64,000 nucleotides of DNA. Source: Pseudomonadota bacterium. GTDB taxonomy: Bacteria > Desulfobacterota > Desulfobulbia > Desulfobulbales > CALZHT01. Of this stretch, positions 29,010 to 40,070 are shown piece by piece. The number at the start of each line of letters is the position of its first letter. Position 1 is the stretch's first letter. The notes below the pieces were generated by a model. It was not told the origin of the DNA and ran no database searches. It saw nothing but the letters and a program-made list of their open reading frames with translations. The position numbers and the translations under genes were made by a program. Where the stretch lies: the NCBI GenBank assembly GCA_018823135.1, contig JAHJJF010000097.1:1767-65766 (forward strand), in the 5' to 3' direction.

Positions 29010-29169
29010 ACTTACTTGGAGCAGCTTTAAATCCGCCATATTTCCATTGTGGGAGAAAGTTTGCGCGCAAATTCAATCAACAGCTAACAGCCTATTTTCC
29101 CTCAATAAAATTGAAATTTATGAAATCAGTTTTTCCAAGTTTCATTGCAGCCATTTCATCAAAATTCGC

Positions 29170-29358
29170 CTATTTTTGTTGATCACTGTCTTCAGATTCC
29201 TGGTTCTTGCCGATGGACCATTTCCTTTTGGTGAAAAGGTTCTGAAATATATAGACCAGCCAGGCGCACATCCATAACAGAGCGCCGATTCTCCAGTTTA
29301 TGAACGGAATAATAACAAGCATAACCAGCAACGTCGCTGCAAAAAATTTTCTTACCAT
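29170..29358 (-). CDS. Small two-TM membrane protein, candidate, downstream of the pentaheme cytochrome
   Basis: The 62-aa ORF starts 49 nt after the cytochrome stop on the same strand. It has two hydrophobic helices and an acidic tail. The Shine-Dalgarno sequence is weak. Confidence 0.4.
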   Translation of the reverse strand: MVRKFFAATLLVMLVIIPFINWRIGALLWMCAWLVYIFQNLFTKRKWSIGKNQESEDSDQQK

Positions 29359-29407
29359 TTCAGATTTCTTTTTATGTCATATTGCCGCGATTTAAAATAA
29401 CCCAGCA

Positions 29408-30886
29408 TTAGTTTTTTGCCTTAAATACCGTTTCTTCTGAAACCATATCGACAATTGGCAGTTTCGGTACTTCGGTCACGCCATAGATTTTTTCAAGGTT
29501 AATACTCTCCGGAAGATGACCGAGGATCTTTTCGGCGAGTTTCTGGTCAGCCTGGCGATATCGCAAGCTTGCCTTGACATTCAACTCCACCGTTTCATCA
29601 GTGATTCTTACCCCATAATTCACATCCCTGTATCCTCGTGGTTTTATGGTGTCGTTTCTTGAAAAAGATGTCACCATCCATGGATCAACGGCAAAATGAA
29701 AATTATCATCCATGCCTGATGAATTAAAAATCCTCGTGTTTTCCCTTAATTGCCCATCATCATCAAGCATGCCGCTTTCAAGAAGCGTTTTTCCATTCTG
29801 ATCAGTAATTATCAGTTCCAGCCACATTTGACGTATACTGGTAAGCGAAGTGGGCAGATTGTGACCAGCTCGCAAATTCTTTACACGGACTCTGATTTCA
29901 GTAATTGTCTTATCAAGATAAATCGGGGTTATTTCAAGACCGGCGGCAGCTTGTAATCTGGCGACTGCCATTTCATATTTTTTTGCAAGATTCGCAACAA
30001 GGTCCTGATCTCCACTCTTTTCTGCTGCTTTACCGGCCAGGAAATAGAGAAGATAGTTTGCGCCATTAAAATAATGTTTGTACTCGTTTCGCCATGGTTT
30101 TTGGAAATTGTCGGCTGAACGGAGAAATGTTTCAGTTTCCACCATATGACAATCCTGGCAGACTATATCTTTTTGAGCATAGGGACCGTGTTTCCATTCG
30201 AGATAGGTCGATTCGAAAGGAAAATGCGATTCGTAATGATAAACCTGGTGGCAGGAAGCGCACAATTCCGCCTGCAGAAAAAGCGGATTTTTTCTGCACT
30301 CATGATGGCCGATGCCGCAGAATTTTTCAGAATCAAAAGGGCTGTACTTTGTAAGGGTATACCCTTCCTTGGTATCACTGTCATATCCGGGGGACATAAT
30401 GAAGGATCCGTTTTCAGGCTCGTGGGAAGGGGTTTGCCAGTGGGTTATGCCGTTTATCGAATGACACATGTCACAGGAAACACCTGCCAGGGCAACCTCG
30501 CTCAAACCTGAGATACCCGGTCCTTTAATTTCCTCGGTAACAACACCGGCAGGGGAGTGGCAGCCTTCGCATTGCCTGCTGATGCCATGTCCAACCTCCT
30601 GAAAAGCCTTATTCAATTCACCCTGATAAACCGGATCATGAAAGGCCAGAGCATGCATTGATCCTCGCCATTCCTCGTATTGATCCGGATGACATTCGCC
30701 GCATACCCTGGGCGCTGTAAAGGGAGCTTTTGATTTTTCCCATTTGATCAGTGAAGGATAATAGGGATAAAACTCCCGGTCCACCTGAAAGGTAACGTTA
30801 TCTCCAAAAGCTGTAGTGCTGAATATTAAAACAGCAACTAAATCAAATAGATACATCATCTTTTTCATGACATTTGTCCTGGTCAT
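29408..30886 (-). CDS. Secreted multiheme (5 CXXCH) c-type cytochrome, cytochrome c554-like family
   Basis: The signal peptide is MKKMMYLFDLVAVLIFSTTAFG. The heme motifs are CGECH, CEGCH, CDMCH, CASCH and CQDCH, and there is also a CGIGHHEC segment. The C-terminal ~200 aa contain no heme motif. Confidence 0.85.
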   Translation of the reverse strand: MTRTNVMKKMMYLFDLVAVLIFSTTAFGDNVTFQVDREFYPYYPSLIKWEKSKAPFTAPRVCGECHPDQYEEWRGSMHALAFHDPVYQGELNKAFQEVGHGISRQCEGCHSPAGVVTEEIKGPGISGLSEVALAGVSCDMCHSINGITHWQTPSHEPENGSFIMSPGYDSDTKEGYTLTKYSPFDSEKFCGIGHHECRKNPLFLQAELCASCHQVYHYESHFPFESTYLEWKHGPYAQKDIVCQDCHMVETETFLRSADNFQKPWRNEYKHYFNGANYLLYFLAGKAAEKSGDQDLVANLAKKYEMAVARLQAAAGLEITPIYLDKTITEIRVRVKNLRAGHNLPTSLTSIRQMWLELIITDQNGKTLLESGMLDDDGQLRENTRIFNSSGMDDNFHFAVDPWMVTSFSRNDTIKPRGYRDVNYGVRITDETVELNVKASLRYRQADQKLAEKILGHLPESINLEKIYGVTEVPKLPIVDMVSEETVFKAKN

Positions 30887-31227
30887 TTAGCCATCTTTAT
30901 TGCGTATATCTCAAGCAAACGGGATTGATAACTAGTTTGGATTCTTTCATGACAATATCGAAATGTCACTTTATTTGTTCACTGAATAACTCTCTACCCT
31001 TAAATGTCGGGAGACGCGACTTGTGAAGTTTCAGGGTTGGCTGAGGTAAGGGAGGCTTCGAGATAAAAGATTTTGGCCAAAGCCGTAAAAACTTGCGTAC
31101 TCTGCGGCGATCTTGATTGTTCTTTTGAGTGACCTTGATTGGTTACCGTGCATGTTCGCTTGCGGCAAAAAAATAGATCCTGTCAGCTCTATTTCGTTTT
31201 ATCGTGAGTGGAATAGTCTTCGGGAAA

Positions 31228-31704
31228 TTATTCGGTTCCTATTATCATTTCTGCTTTATGTCCCAATAATTGGTTTGTTTTCGGGTTATAGCTTCTTTGC
31301 CAGGAAAGATGTTTGTCCGGTGGTTGTTTTTTATCTTGGTCTATCCACCAATAGTCATGAATTACCTCATAGTCAGTTATTTTCTTTCCCCTGCTTGAAA
31401 CAGAAATGATATCCAGATCTCTGTCTCCAAAGTCAATGCGACATATACCGTTATCGTCCGAGACGTGTGTTCTGGGTTTTTGTTTAGTCATCCAGGATTT
31501 TGTCCAAGGAACAGGAACAATATGTCGTGGCCCGGATTCTTGAATCGTAACAGTTATGTCTTGTGCCGGAGTCCTGTCATTGTTAAGAACGACTAACTCG
31601 ATAGTGCTCTTCTCCCTGAGTCTGACGCTTACTCCCTCAACAACGTTGCATCCGCAACATAATGATAATACAGCAAAAACAGGTAACCATTTGATCATTT
31701 TCAT
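31228..31704 (-). CDS. Hypothetical secreted protein or lipoprotein
   Basis: The signal ends in VLSLCCGC. The gene is upstream of the cytochrome on the same strand. I recognised no family. Confidence 0.5.
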   Translation of the reverse strand: MKMIKWLPVFAVLSLCCGCNVVEGVSVRLREKSTIELVVLNNDRTPAQDITVTIQESGPRHIVPVPWTKSWMTKQKPRTHVSDDNGICRIDFGDRDLDIISVSSRGKKITDYEVIHDYWWIDQDKKQPPDKHLSWQRSYNPKTNQLLGHKAEMIIGTE

Positions 31705-32142
31705 GTGTTAATCACCTGGCGCCCTGCATAATCGGTGGACCACAAAGTGAATACCGTAAAAGTTTTATATGCCCACCTTTGACAATGAATGGAAATTCTC
31801 CATGATATTAATTTTATAAGTGGATAAGATTTCAATTTAAGTGGATATCAATTACTTGTTTTTGGAAAAATCTGTTTGCTTATTATCAATTTCTAAATTC
31901 ATTGATTTATCAGGATATTAGCACAGATCTTTGGGAACGCAAGCGGAAGATTGCGTAAGTAATTTTACTCCAGGGATCTGTGCGATTTCGCAGAAATGAT
32001 TGAACTGAATTTTCCTTAAATATAAACGGGTTGGGAAGATAGGGAATCCCTGGCACGGTTTTGCGTCCCAGGAACATGGATATTTTCAGGAGCAATTACG
32101 GATCATGGAAAATTAAATAATCGATACGAATTATTCTTGATA

Positions 32143-32173
32143 TTGACAGGTTCATTGCACATGCGTTTATAAT
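32143..32173 (+). promoter_or_regulatory. Candidate sigma70-type promoter for the hexaheme cytochrome gene
   Basis: A perfect TTGACA (32143-32148) and a perfect TATAAT (32168-32173) are separated by a long 19-nt spacer. They lie about 65 nt upstream of the ATG at 32236. Confidence 0.35.
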
Positions 32174-32235
32174 ACAGTTCAAACCAGGATAAATCGTTTT
32201 ATACATGGATTAAATTGAGCCACAGGAAAGAAATC

Positions 32236-33540
32236 ATGAGCAGGAATTACTTCATGCATACAATTAAGAATGCATCTCTTTTAACTATTGTTGCGTCATT
32301 ATTGTTTCTTTCATACTCTTGTCAGGAAGGTGTGAAGGACGTTGGGCAAACGTCGGAACAATCAGTTATGGGCGCTGATCTTTTCAATGATAAATGCCAG
32401 AAGTGTCATGGTGTACGACGAGTGCTTAACACTTTCAAGGATGAAGAAACCTGGATAAAAACCATTAAGCGGATGGGGGGAAAAGAAAATTCACAGATTT
32501 CAAGCGACCAACTGGAACAACTGGTTAAATTCCATATTTTACGCCAGAAAAAAGAATCCCAGGTGTTTAAACAGAAATGTCAGCAATGCCATCCGGGAAA
32601 ACGATTTGTCGAAAAAGCCATGACCCTTGAACAGGCAAGGGCGGTTGTGAAGAAAATGCAGGAAAAAGCCGGCAATACTATCCTGGATGAGGATGTTGAA
32701 CTGATTATCAACTACCATGTTCGCGAGCATAATCTTGCCGTGCAACAGGGATTAAACAAGTCTGTAGGAACAGCATTGGGGCTAGGCTCTTCAATTGATC
32801 CGCAGATAATAACCCTTTTTGTGCAGAAATGTTCATCATGCCATGAACCGGAACGGTCCATGTATGTTTTTAAGGATGAAAAAACCTGGAATAAAACCTT
32901 AAAGAAAATGCAGGCTTACAGCCGGGGGCTGATCCTGGATGAAGAAGTCGAACAACTGGTACGGTTTCATACCCAGACTCAGAAAAATTCCATGCAGATA
33001 TTTCAGGAAACCTGCACAACATGCCATAATACCCAAAGGATTTTTCAGCGCAGTATGACCGACGAGGAATGGTTGCACACCATTAAGGAAATGCAGAAAA
33101 AAGCCCCTGATCTGATTGATAACGAAAAAATTGAGGTCTTGGCCGGTTACGCCCAGCGCTTTGAAAGGGTAATGGCAGGAATTTTCGAAGGACGGTGTGG
33201 AAATTGTCATATGGAGAATCGTGCAAATGTAACCCTCAAGTTCGGGGCCAAAGATTCACTTGTTGTGCTGGTAAACGAAAGATTTACCACCACGACTTCG
33301 CAACCGGATGTAAGGGAACTCATGGCATCGCATACGGAACGTGAAAAACGCGAGATGGCGGTATTTGATAAGGACTGCAATGGCTGTCATTCTCCGGATC
33401 AACCGAAAAACAAGATAAACAGGAACATTGAAGAATTGACATTACTTATTGCCAGCATCCAGAACAAGGTGCATGATCAGAGTGTGTCAAGGACAATCAA
33501 TACCCAGATCGGCTTCCATAAGGCCAAACAAAGACATTGA
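32236..33540 (+). CDS. Secreted hexaheme c-type cytochrome built from six tandem ~70-aa monoheme repeats
   Basis: The ATG at 32236 has an AGGAAAG Shine-Dalgarno sequence; the ORF track starts at a TTG at 32215. The signal ends in LLFLSYSC. The six heme motifs are CQKCH, CQQCH, CSSCH, CTTCH, CGNCH and CNGCH, each in a repeat of the form F...C..CH...R.........W...I..M.........E.L...H. Confidence 0.85.
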   Translation: MSRNYFMHTIKNASLLTIVASLLFLSYSCQEGVKDVGQTSEQSVMGADLFNDKCQKCHGVRRVLNTFKDEETWIKTIKRMGGKENSQISSDQLEQLVKFHILRQKKESQVFKQKCQQCHPGKRFVEKAMTLEQARAVVKKMQEKAGNTILDEDVELIINYHVREHNLAVQQGLNKSVGTALGLGSSIDPQIITLFVQKCSSCHEPERSMYVFKDEKTWNKTLKKMQAYSRGLILDEEVEQLVRFHTQTQKNSMQIFQETCTTCHNTQRIFQRSMTDEEWLHTIKEMQKKAPDLIDNEKIEVLAGYAQRFERVMAGIFEGRCGNCHMENRANVTLKFGAKDSLVVLVNERFTTTTSQPDVRELMASHTEREKREMAVFDKDCNGCHSPDQPKNKINRNIEELTLLIASIQNKVHDQSVSRTINTQIGFHKAKQRH

Positions 33541-33549
33541 TGGCGGAAC

Positions 33550-35334
33550 TTATCTTTTTCTGAGGCGGATTGTTTGTGGGGTTACTTCCACAAGTTCATC
33601 ATCGTTGATAAAGGCCAGGCAGTCTTCAAGACTTAAATTTATATGCGGGGTCAGAAGGACGGCGTCATCGGAACCTGAAGCCCTCATATTGGTAAGTTTT
33701 TTCCCTTTGGCAGGGTTAACCACCATGTCTCCGGTGCGGCAATGTTCGCCGATTATCTGGCCCGTATAAACTTTTTCTCCGGGTCCGAGAAACAGTCTTC
33801 CACGTTCCTGAAGGTTGAAAAGGGCATAAGCAACCGTGGTGCAGTTTTCTTTAACCAGCAGCGCCCCGTTCTGGCGGTTGATAATATCTCCGGCATAAGC
33901 TCCATACTCTGCAAAGACATAATTCATGATACCCATTCCTTTGGTATCGGTGAGAAACTCGGTCCTGAACCCCAGCAGACTCCTGGTCGGTATCTTATAC
34001 ACGAGCCGTACCATGTCGTTGTTTTGGGTCATATCCAGCATCTGCCCTTTGAGATTACCAAGTTTTTCAATAACCGTACCTTTGTAACGGTCTTCAACAT
34101 CAATGGTTAATTCTTCGTAGGGTTCTAACTTTTTGCCGTTTTCAACCTTATAGATTACCTGGGGCCGTGTGACCTGAAACTCATAGCCTTCTCGACGCAT
34201 TTTTTCGATGAGAATAGAAAGATGCAATTCGCCGCGACCTGATACTGCAAAACCTGTGACTTCAGTCAGTGGGACGACTTGTAATGCAACATCTGCAAGG
34301 GTTTCACGACGCAGACGTGCCTCGATATGCCTTGACGTAACAAATTTTCCTTCAGTGCCGGCAAAAGGCGAATCATTGGGGATGAAATTCATTGAGATGG
34401 TAGGTGGATCGATATCGATGAGCGGCAACGGTCTTGGATCGTTGGGGTCGGTAAATGTCACCCCGACAGTTATTTCTTCCATGCCGGCAACCGCGACAAT
34501 CTCACCTGTGGAGGCCTGGTCAACAGCAACCTTGCGGTCGCATTCAAATTTGAATATCTTGGTGATTTTAGCAGGAACCAGCGACCCGTCACGAAGGGAA
34601 ACCGTGACCTTGTCGTTCAAACGTAATCTTCCATTGACAACCTTGCCGATCCCGAGTTTTCCAAGATACTGGGAATAATCGATGGTGTTGACCTGGAATT
34701 GCAGCGGCGCATCGGGATCACCGACGGGTGCAGGGATATGGCTGATGATTCTCCTTGACAGAGGTTCCATATTGACCCCAGGCTCATCCGGAGTGTCGGT
34801 TGCATAGCCGATTTTTGCAGAGGCATAAACCACTTGAAAATCAAGAAGATGATCTGGTGCATTAAGTTTGACAAAAAGATCGAAGACCTGATCCACAACC
34901 CATGCAGGGCGGGCTGCGGGTTTATCGATCTTATTGATTACGACGATTATCGGTAAAGACTGGGCAAGAGCTTTTTTGAGGACAAAATAGGTTTGCGGCA
35001 TCGGTCCTTCCTGCGCATCAACAAGAAGCAGGCAGCCGTCAGCCATTCGCAATACCCGCTCAACCTGGCCGCCGAAATCCGCATGCCCGGGGGTATCTAT
35101 AATATTTATCCAGTGATCCTGAAATCGAAACGAGCCGTTTTTTGAAGATATGGTAATGCCTCGTTCACGTTCCAGATCCATGGAATCCATCAGGCGTTCC
35201 GTGACTTCCTGATTATCCCTGAACATGCCGCCCTGTCGGAATAACTGGTCGACAAGTGTTGTTTTACCATGATCAACATGGGCAATTATGGCGATATTCC
35301 TAATTTTATTTTGTTCCATAAATTTATCTTGCAT
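33550..35334 (-). CDS. typA: Translational GTPase TypA/BipA
   Basis: The G-domain motifs are [33 protein letters not shown]-like and NKID. The length of about 594 aa and the EF-G-like domain order fit. The true start may be the second Met (MEQNK). Confidence 0.9.
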   Translation of the reverse strand: MQDKFMEQNKIRNIAIIAHVDHGKTTLVDQLFRQGGMFRDNQEVTERLMDSMDLERERGITISSKNGSFRFQDHWINIIDTPGHADFGGQVERVLRMADGCLLLVDAQEGPMPQTYFVLKKALAQSLPIIVVINKIDKPAARPAWVVDQVFDLFVKLNAPDHLLDFQVVYASAKIGYATDTPDEPGVNMEPLSRRIISHIPAPVGDPDAPLQFQVNTIDYSQYLGKLGIGKVVNGRLRLNDKVTVSLRDGSLVPAKITKIFKFECDRKVAVDQASTGEIVAVAGMEEITVGVTFTDPNDPRPLPLIDIDPPTISMNFIPNDSPFAGTEGKFVTSRHIEARLRRETLADVALQVVPLTEVTGFAVSGRGELHLSILIEKMRREGYEFQVTRPQVIYKVENGKKLEPYEELTIDVEDRYKGTVIEKLGNLKGQMLDMTQNNDMVRLVYKIPTRSLLGFRTEFLTDTKGMGIMNYVFAEYGAYAGDIINRQNGALLVKENCTTVAYALFNLQERGRLFLGPGEKVYTGQIIGEHCRTGDMVVNPAKGKKLTNMRASGSDDAVLLTPHINLSLEDCLAFINDDELVEVTPQTIRLRKR

Positions 35335-35707
35335 TAAAAGTTAGCGGGAAGAGTTAAATGTTAGCGAGACCAAAAAAGGGAAGCGCTTAACTCGGATATT
35401 AATAAAGTGAGATAGCTTAAAAAGTTCTCGAAAGAAATTAATTTACTATTGGAAATTATTCATGAAATACTGAAGCTACCATCGGCAGGAAAGCAAAAAC
35501 TCCGAACCGGGGGATCACCGTAGGAAAGGAATGCTATCTTTAGATTCGCTCGTTTATACCTGTCAGGAGGGCATATATGCCCATGAGGTGCTTTTCCTGT
35601 TCAGGGCAATTTGTTCATGGTATGAAAAGGAAGGCAAATTAAAGCATTTAACAGATAAAAGCAAGGGAAAAAAGAAAGACCGGAGTATTGTGATAAGAAA
35701 GGAAAGG

Positions 35708-36082
35708 TCAAATGTTGTTGGTTATAAAATTGTCCAGATTTAAAACCTGATTGGCCTCAACTTCATGGAAATGGACACCGCTCTGACGGACTTCAACCAC
35801 TTTGAATGCTGAATAATGTCCTTCGATAGCTTTATCCCAGACAATATCACAGGTAATGGCGATCAAACGATTTTTTTTGTCGCACAGATAAACCTTCTGC
35901 CCCTGGGATATAGTAAGCTCCTTGCCAAGGTTTATATATTGCAGGGCGAGACCGCCAAGGGAAATATCAATGATCGTCCCGACCACCCCTTCATTATAAC
36001 GAACGGTTGCCATAACCCCTTCTTTCAATTTGAAGCGGATATGCTTTCGTCGTTCATTATGTTCTTTTTGACTTAGGTTCAT
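35708..36082 (-). CDS. PilZ domain protein
   Basis: The RRKHIRF (RxxxR) and DISLGGLAL (D.S.GG) c-di-GMP-binding motifs are present in a 124-aa protein. Confidence 0.75.
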   Translation of the reverse strand: MNLSQKEHNERRKHIRFKLKEGVMATVRYNEGVVGTIIDISLGGLALQYINLGKELTISQGQKVYLCDKKNRLIAITCDIVWDKAIEGHYSAFKVVEVRQSGVHFHEVEANQVLNLDNFITNNI

Positions 36083-36246
36083 AGGCTTTTATTCTAATAA
36101 AAAAATTAACTTATAATTCTAATATACATGATGATAGTTTCTGTCAATATGAAAAACACAAAACAGTTGTAAGGCATTTTCTCCTTTTTATAAGGATATA
36201 GTTTTTAGTCTCGGATGAAAACAAGTGTGACCAGGGCTCCGAACCA

Positions 36247-38919
36247 TCATATTTCTTTCAGCCGGGAAATATTCTCGATAATTTTATTGAGTTTGGCGGC
36301 AAGGGTTTGCTGCTTTTCTTTTTCGCCGGCAACAACTGTCTCAGGCGCACCGGATAGAAATTTGGGGTTTGCGAGTTTTCCTTCAACCTGCTGAAGGGTT
36401 TTTTCGACTTTTTGCTTATCCTTGAGGAGCTTGTCGATTTCCTTTTCCGCATCAACCAAACCAGCCAAAGGAATGAAAATCTCGATATCGTTGAAAAGAT
36501 AGGATGCGGCGCCTTTAGGACGCTGACCTTTACGCACAACGGTAAATTTATCGGTGCGGGTAATAACCCGAACAGTTGAAGTGTATTCATCCAACAGCGA
36601 GATATTCTCTTCGTCGTGACATATGATGAAAACCTCAACCTGAGCGGAAGGATGAATCATCATTTCACTTCGAATATTACGAATACCGGTAATAATCCCA
36701 ATGAGTAAATCAGTGGCCTTTTCGGCCTCCTCACTTTCCCATTGCGGTGTGGCTTCGGGAAATTCAGCAGTCATGATTGTTTGTCTTTCCCCCGGAAGGG
36801 CATGCCAGATTTCCTCGGTAACAAAAGGAGTTATTGGGTGAAGCAGCTTGAGAATGACCTCAAGAACATGTAATAACACGGCTTGCGAATTGTATTTAAG
36901 CTCTTCATTGTCACCATAAAGATCAGGTTTGATCCATTCCAGGTACCAGTCACAGAATTCACGCCAGATAAACTGATAAATTGCTGTAGCGGAATCATTG
37001 AACCGGAAATCCTCAAGTCCTTTGGTGAAATCGGTAATTGTCCTGCTCATGCGGGACAGAATCCAGCGATGGGGGAGGCTGAGAGATTCGTGATTTATTG
37101 AATGAACAATTGCAGGATCGCAGGAACTGATATGCATCAGCGAGAATCGTGCTGCATTCCATATCTTATTGATAAAGTGCCGATATCCTTCAATTCGTTC
37201 TTCAGAGAGTCTGACATCGCGGCCCTGTGCGGCAAAGGCTGCCATGGTGAAGCGCATGGCATCGGTGCCGTATTTATCCATGAGCAGAATCGGGTCCAGG
37301 ACATTTCCCTTGGATTTACTCATTTTCTGTCCGTGTTGGTCCCGGACCAGGGCATGCAGATAGACATCCTTGAAGGGGATCTCTTTCATGAAATAAAGCC
37401 CCATCATCATCATCCGGGCAACCCAGAAGAACAGAATGTCAAAGCTTGTGATCAGTACGGATGTGGGATAAAAGAAATCCAGTTCTTTGGTTTTATCCGG
37501 CCAGCCAAGGGTGGAAAAAGGCCAGAGCGCCGAAGAAAACCAGGTATCCAGTACGTCGGTTTCCTGTATCAGCTTGCTGCTCTTGCATTTTGAGCATTGG
37601 CTCGGAGCTGCAGTGGCCACGATGATTTCATTGCAGGATTCGCAGGTCCAGGCCGGTATCTGATGACCCCACCAGATCTGCCGGGAAATACACCAGTCCC
37701 GGATATTGTACATCCAGTCAAAATAAGTGTTTTCCCATGATTTCGGATGGATGCGGATATCGCCGTTTTTAACTGCCTGAATGGCTTTTTCGGCAAGGGG
37801 CTTTACAGATACGAACCATTGTTTTGATAAGGTCGGTTCCACAACCGTGCTGCATCGATAGCAATGTCCGACGCCGTGTTGATAGTCATCAATGCCTTCA
37901 AGGAAACCCTGTGAGTCCAAATCCTCAACAATTTTTTTCCTGCACTCGAAACGGTCGAGCCCGGCATATGGTCCGGCCTCCCCGTTCATCACGCCGTTAT
38001 CGTCCATCACCGAAAGGCTGGGCAAATCATGGCGACGGCCGATCTCAAAGTCATTGAGATCATGGGCCGGGGTGACCTTTAATGCGCCGGTGCCAAACTC
38101 GCGTTCCACATGGGTATCAAAAACAATGGGTATTGTGCGGTTCACCAGCGGCAGAATTACCGATTTTTCAGGAAGGCTGTTATAGCGCTCGTCAGCTGGA
38201 TGCACTGCCACCGCCGTATCTCCCAGCATGGTCTCTGGTCTGGTTGTCGCAACGATTAGATACCCGTCGCCGGATGTGTACGGATAACGGATATGATAGA
38301 GTTTGCCGTCGGTTGGCTCGTGCTCCACCTCAAGATCAGCAAGCGCCGTGTGACAACGTGGGCACCAGTTGATGATATAATCGCCCTTATAAATGAGGCC
38401 GTCATCGTATAAACGGACAAACACCTCGCGCACCGCCCGGGACAATCCCTCATCCATGGTAAACCGTTCACGGTCCCAGTCACAGGAAGATCCCAGCCGT
38501 TTCAGCTGGTTGATTATCTGGCCGCCGGACTCCTCCTTCCACTTCCACACCCGTTCAACAAATTTTCTGCGACCGATTTCGTGCCTGCTTGAACCTTCTG
38601 CGGCGAGCTGCCGTTCCACGACATTCTGGGTGGCAATCCCGGCATGATCTGTTCCTGGAAGCCACAGGGTGTTTTGGCCCTGCATCCTCCGATAGCGGAT
38701 AAGGATATCCTGCAGGGTATTATTCAACGCATGGCCGATATGTAATACACCCGTAACATTCGGGGGCGGGATTACTATGGAGTAGGAAGGTTTGCCTTCA
38801 ACCATGGATGCGGAAAAACGCTTTTCGCTCTCCCATGTCCGATACCATTTTTGTTCCACATCTTTAAATTCGTATGCTTTGGGAAGTTCGTGTGCTTTAT
38901 TCGTATTGGTTTCTGACAT
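36247..38919 (-). CDS. valS: Valine--tRNA ligase
   Basis: The class I motifs are PPPNVTGVLHIGH (HIGH) and KMSKSKGN (KMSKS), and a C-terminal coiled coil is present. The likely start is MSETNT at 38919, 4 nt after the dgt-like stop. The ORF-track start at 38979 would overlap that upstream gene. Confidence 0.92.
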   Translation of the reverse strand: MSETNTNKAHELPKAYEFKDVEQKWYRTWESEKRFSASMVEGKPSYSIVIPPPNVTGVLHIGHALNNTLQDILIRYRRMQGQNTLWLPGTDHAGIATQNVVERQLAAEGSSRHEIGRRKFVERVWKWKEESGGQIINQLKRLGSSCDWDRERFTMDEGLSRAVREVFVRLYDDGLIYKGDYIINWCPRCHTALADLEVEHEPTDGKLYHIRYPYTSGDGYLIVATTRPETMLGDTAVAVHPADERYNSLPEKSVILPLVNRTIPIVFDTHVEREFGTGALKVTPAHDLNDFEIGRRHDLPSLSVMDDNGVMNGEAGPYAGLDRFECRKKIVEDLDSQGFLEGIDDYQHGVGHCYRCSTVVEPTLSKQWFVSVKPLAEKAIQAVKNGDIRIHPKSWENTYFDWMYNIRDWCISRQIWWGHQIPAWTCESCNEIIVATAAPSQCSKCKSSKLIQETDVLDTWFSSALWPFSTLGWPDKTKELDFFYPTSVLITSFDILFFWVARMMMMGLYFMKEIPFKDVYLHALVRDQHGQKMSKSKGNVLDPILLMDKYGTDAMRFTMAAFAAQGRDVRLSEERIEGYRHFINKIWNAARFSLMHISSCDPAIVHSINHESLSLPHRWILSRMSRTITDFTKGLEDFRFNDSATAIYQFIWREFCDWYLEWIKPDLYGDNEELKYNSQAVLLHVLEVILKLLHPITPFVTEEIWHALPGERQTIMTAEFPEATPQWESEEAEKATDLLIGIITGIRNIRSEMMIHPSAQVEVFIICHDEENISLLDEYTSTVRVITRTDKFTVVRKGQRPKGAASYLFNDIEIFIPLAGLVDAEKEIDKLLKDKQKVEKTLQQVEGKLANPKFLSGAPETVVAGEKEKQQTLAAKLNKIIENISRLKEI

Positions 38920-38923
38920 GGGT

Positions 38924-39967
38924 TTAAATAACGCTCCATGGTTTGGGGAAGAAAATATCGGTATAGAGATCAAGGGCATAACGGTCCGTCATCCCGGCAA
39001 TAAAATCGCACACCTTTTTGTGTTTCGAGGTGTCCTTATCGTAAATGATATCGTTATCCCATTTTGTCCCGTGTTCTAAAAAATAATAATACAGCTCCCG
39101 AAGGATCTTGGTGGATTTGACAAAGTCATTGTGGACCTTGCTTACATCATAAACATGCGCATAGAGAAAGGTTCGGATATCTGCTATGGCCTGCATAATA
39201 TCCTCGCTCATCACCAGACGATTTTCGCCGGTTTCAATGGTCCGATGGATCAGATCATTCACCATGGTGCCGATCCTCATGGAATGGCTGGCGCCGACCT
39301 TCTGGATGATAGCTTTCGGCAAATCATTTTTTTTGATTACGCCGGCCCTGATGGCATCGTCTAGATCATGATTCACATAAGCAATTATATCGGCAAGCCG
39401 GACAACGCGGCCTTCAAGGGTCGTTGGCAGTTCGGAGATATCATCCGGAAGTATTTCCTTTTTCCCTTTAGAATGCTTGGCGATCCCGTCTCGGACTTCA
39501 GCTGTGAGATTCAGCCCTTTTCCCTTTTTTTCAAGAATATCCACAACCCGCAGGCTTTGCTCATAATGCCTGAAACCGCCGGGATACAGTTCGTTTAAAG
39601 TTGCCTCTCCCGCATGGCCGAAAGGGGTGTGTCCCAGGTCGTGTCCCAGGGCGATTGCCTCAGTCAGGTGCTCGTTTAAACGCAGGGCACCGGCAATGGT
39701 TCGGGCAATCTGTGAAACCTCAAGCACATGGGTCAGGCGGGTACGGTAATGATCTCCGGTAGGGGCAAGAAATACCTGGGTTTTGTGTTTGAGCCGGCGG
39801 AAAGTCTTCGAATGGATGATTCGGTCACGGTCCCGTTGAAATGCCGTCCTGATCGGGCATTCTTCTTCGGGGTTCAGACGGCCTTTGCTGTGTTTGCTCA
39901 GACAGGCAAAGGGTGAGAGAATCTGCTCTTCTCTATCTTCCAGTTGTTGTCGTAGCAGTTTAGGCAT
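38924..39967 (-). CDS. dgt: HD-domain dGTP triphosphohydrolase-like protein
   Basis: The motifs [32 protein letters not shown] and [12 protein letters not shown] (HD motif) are present. The ~347-aa length is typical of the short dgt-like family. Confidence 0.8.
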   Translation of the reverse strand: MPKLLRQQLEDREEQILSPFACLSKHSKGRLNPEEECPIRTAFQRDRDRIIHSKTFRRLKHKTQVFLAPTGDHYRTRLTHVLEVSQIARTIAGALRLNEHLTEAIALGHDLGHTPFGHAGEATLNELYPGGFRHYEQSLRVVDILEKKGKGLNLTAEVRDGIAKHSKGKKEILPDDISELPTTLEGRVVRLADIIAYVNHDLDDAIRAGVIKKNDLPKAIIQKVGASHSMRIGTMVNDLIHRTIETGENRLVMSEDIMQAIADIRTFLYAHVYDVSKVHNDFVKSTKILRELYYYFLEHGTKWDNDIIYDKDTSKHKKVCDFIAGMTDRYALDLYTDIFFPKPWSVI

Positions 39968-40070
39968 TTAAATTACTCGGGTTGTTTAGGCTGTTGACTC
40001 AAGGCCAGGTGTTTCTTGTTGACAACCTCAACACCTTCAGCCAATAGCCTAAATTACTATTTAAAAAATT

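Noticed and set aside
32051-32065. A sigma54-like promoter, TGGCACGGTTTTGCG, lies upstream of the hexaheme cytochrome gene.
   Set aside because: The GG-to-GC spacing is 9 nt rather than the strictly conserved 10 nt, and no enhancer-binding protein gene is nearby. It is probably a chance match.
31705-32214. The 510-nt intergenic region, including ORF 31910-32095(-), might contain an ncRNA or small gene.
   Set aside because: The ORF translation is featureless. I saw no tRNA-like cloverleaf, conserved riboswitch core or strong terminator. It most likely holds promoter and regulatory sequence for the flanking divergent genes.
38920-38979. The valS ORF has an N-terminal extension that overlaps the dgt-like gene.
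   Set aside because: The conserved ValRS N-terminus begins at MSETNT (38919), 4 nt after the upstream stop. The extension has no homology-like features.
38924-39967. The HD-domain dGTPase-like gene might be an anti-phage nucleotide-depletion defence gene.
   Set aside because: It is tightly coupled to valS in a housekeeping context, with no neighbouring defence or mobile genes. It fits the common dgt-like housekeeping family better.
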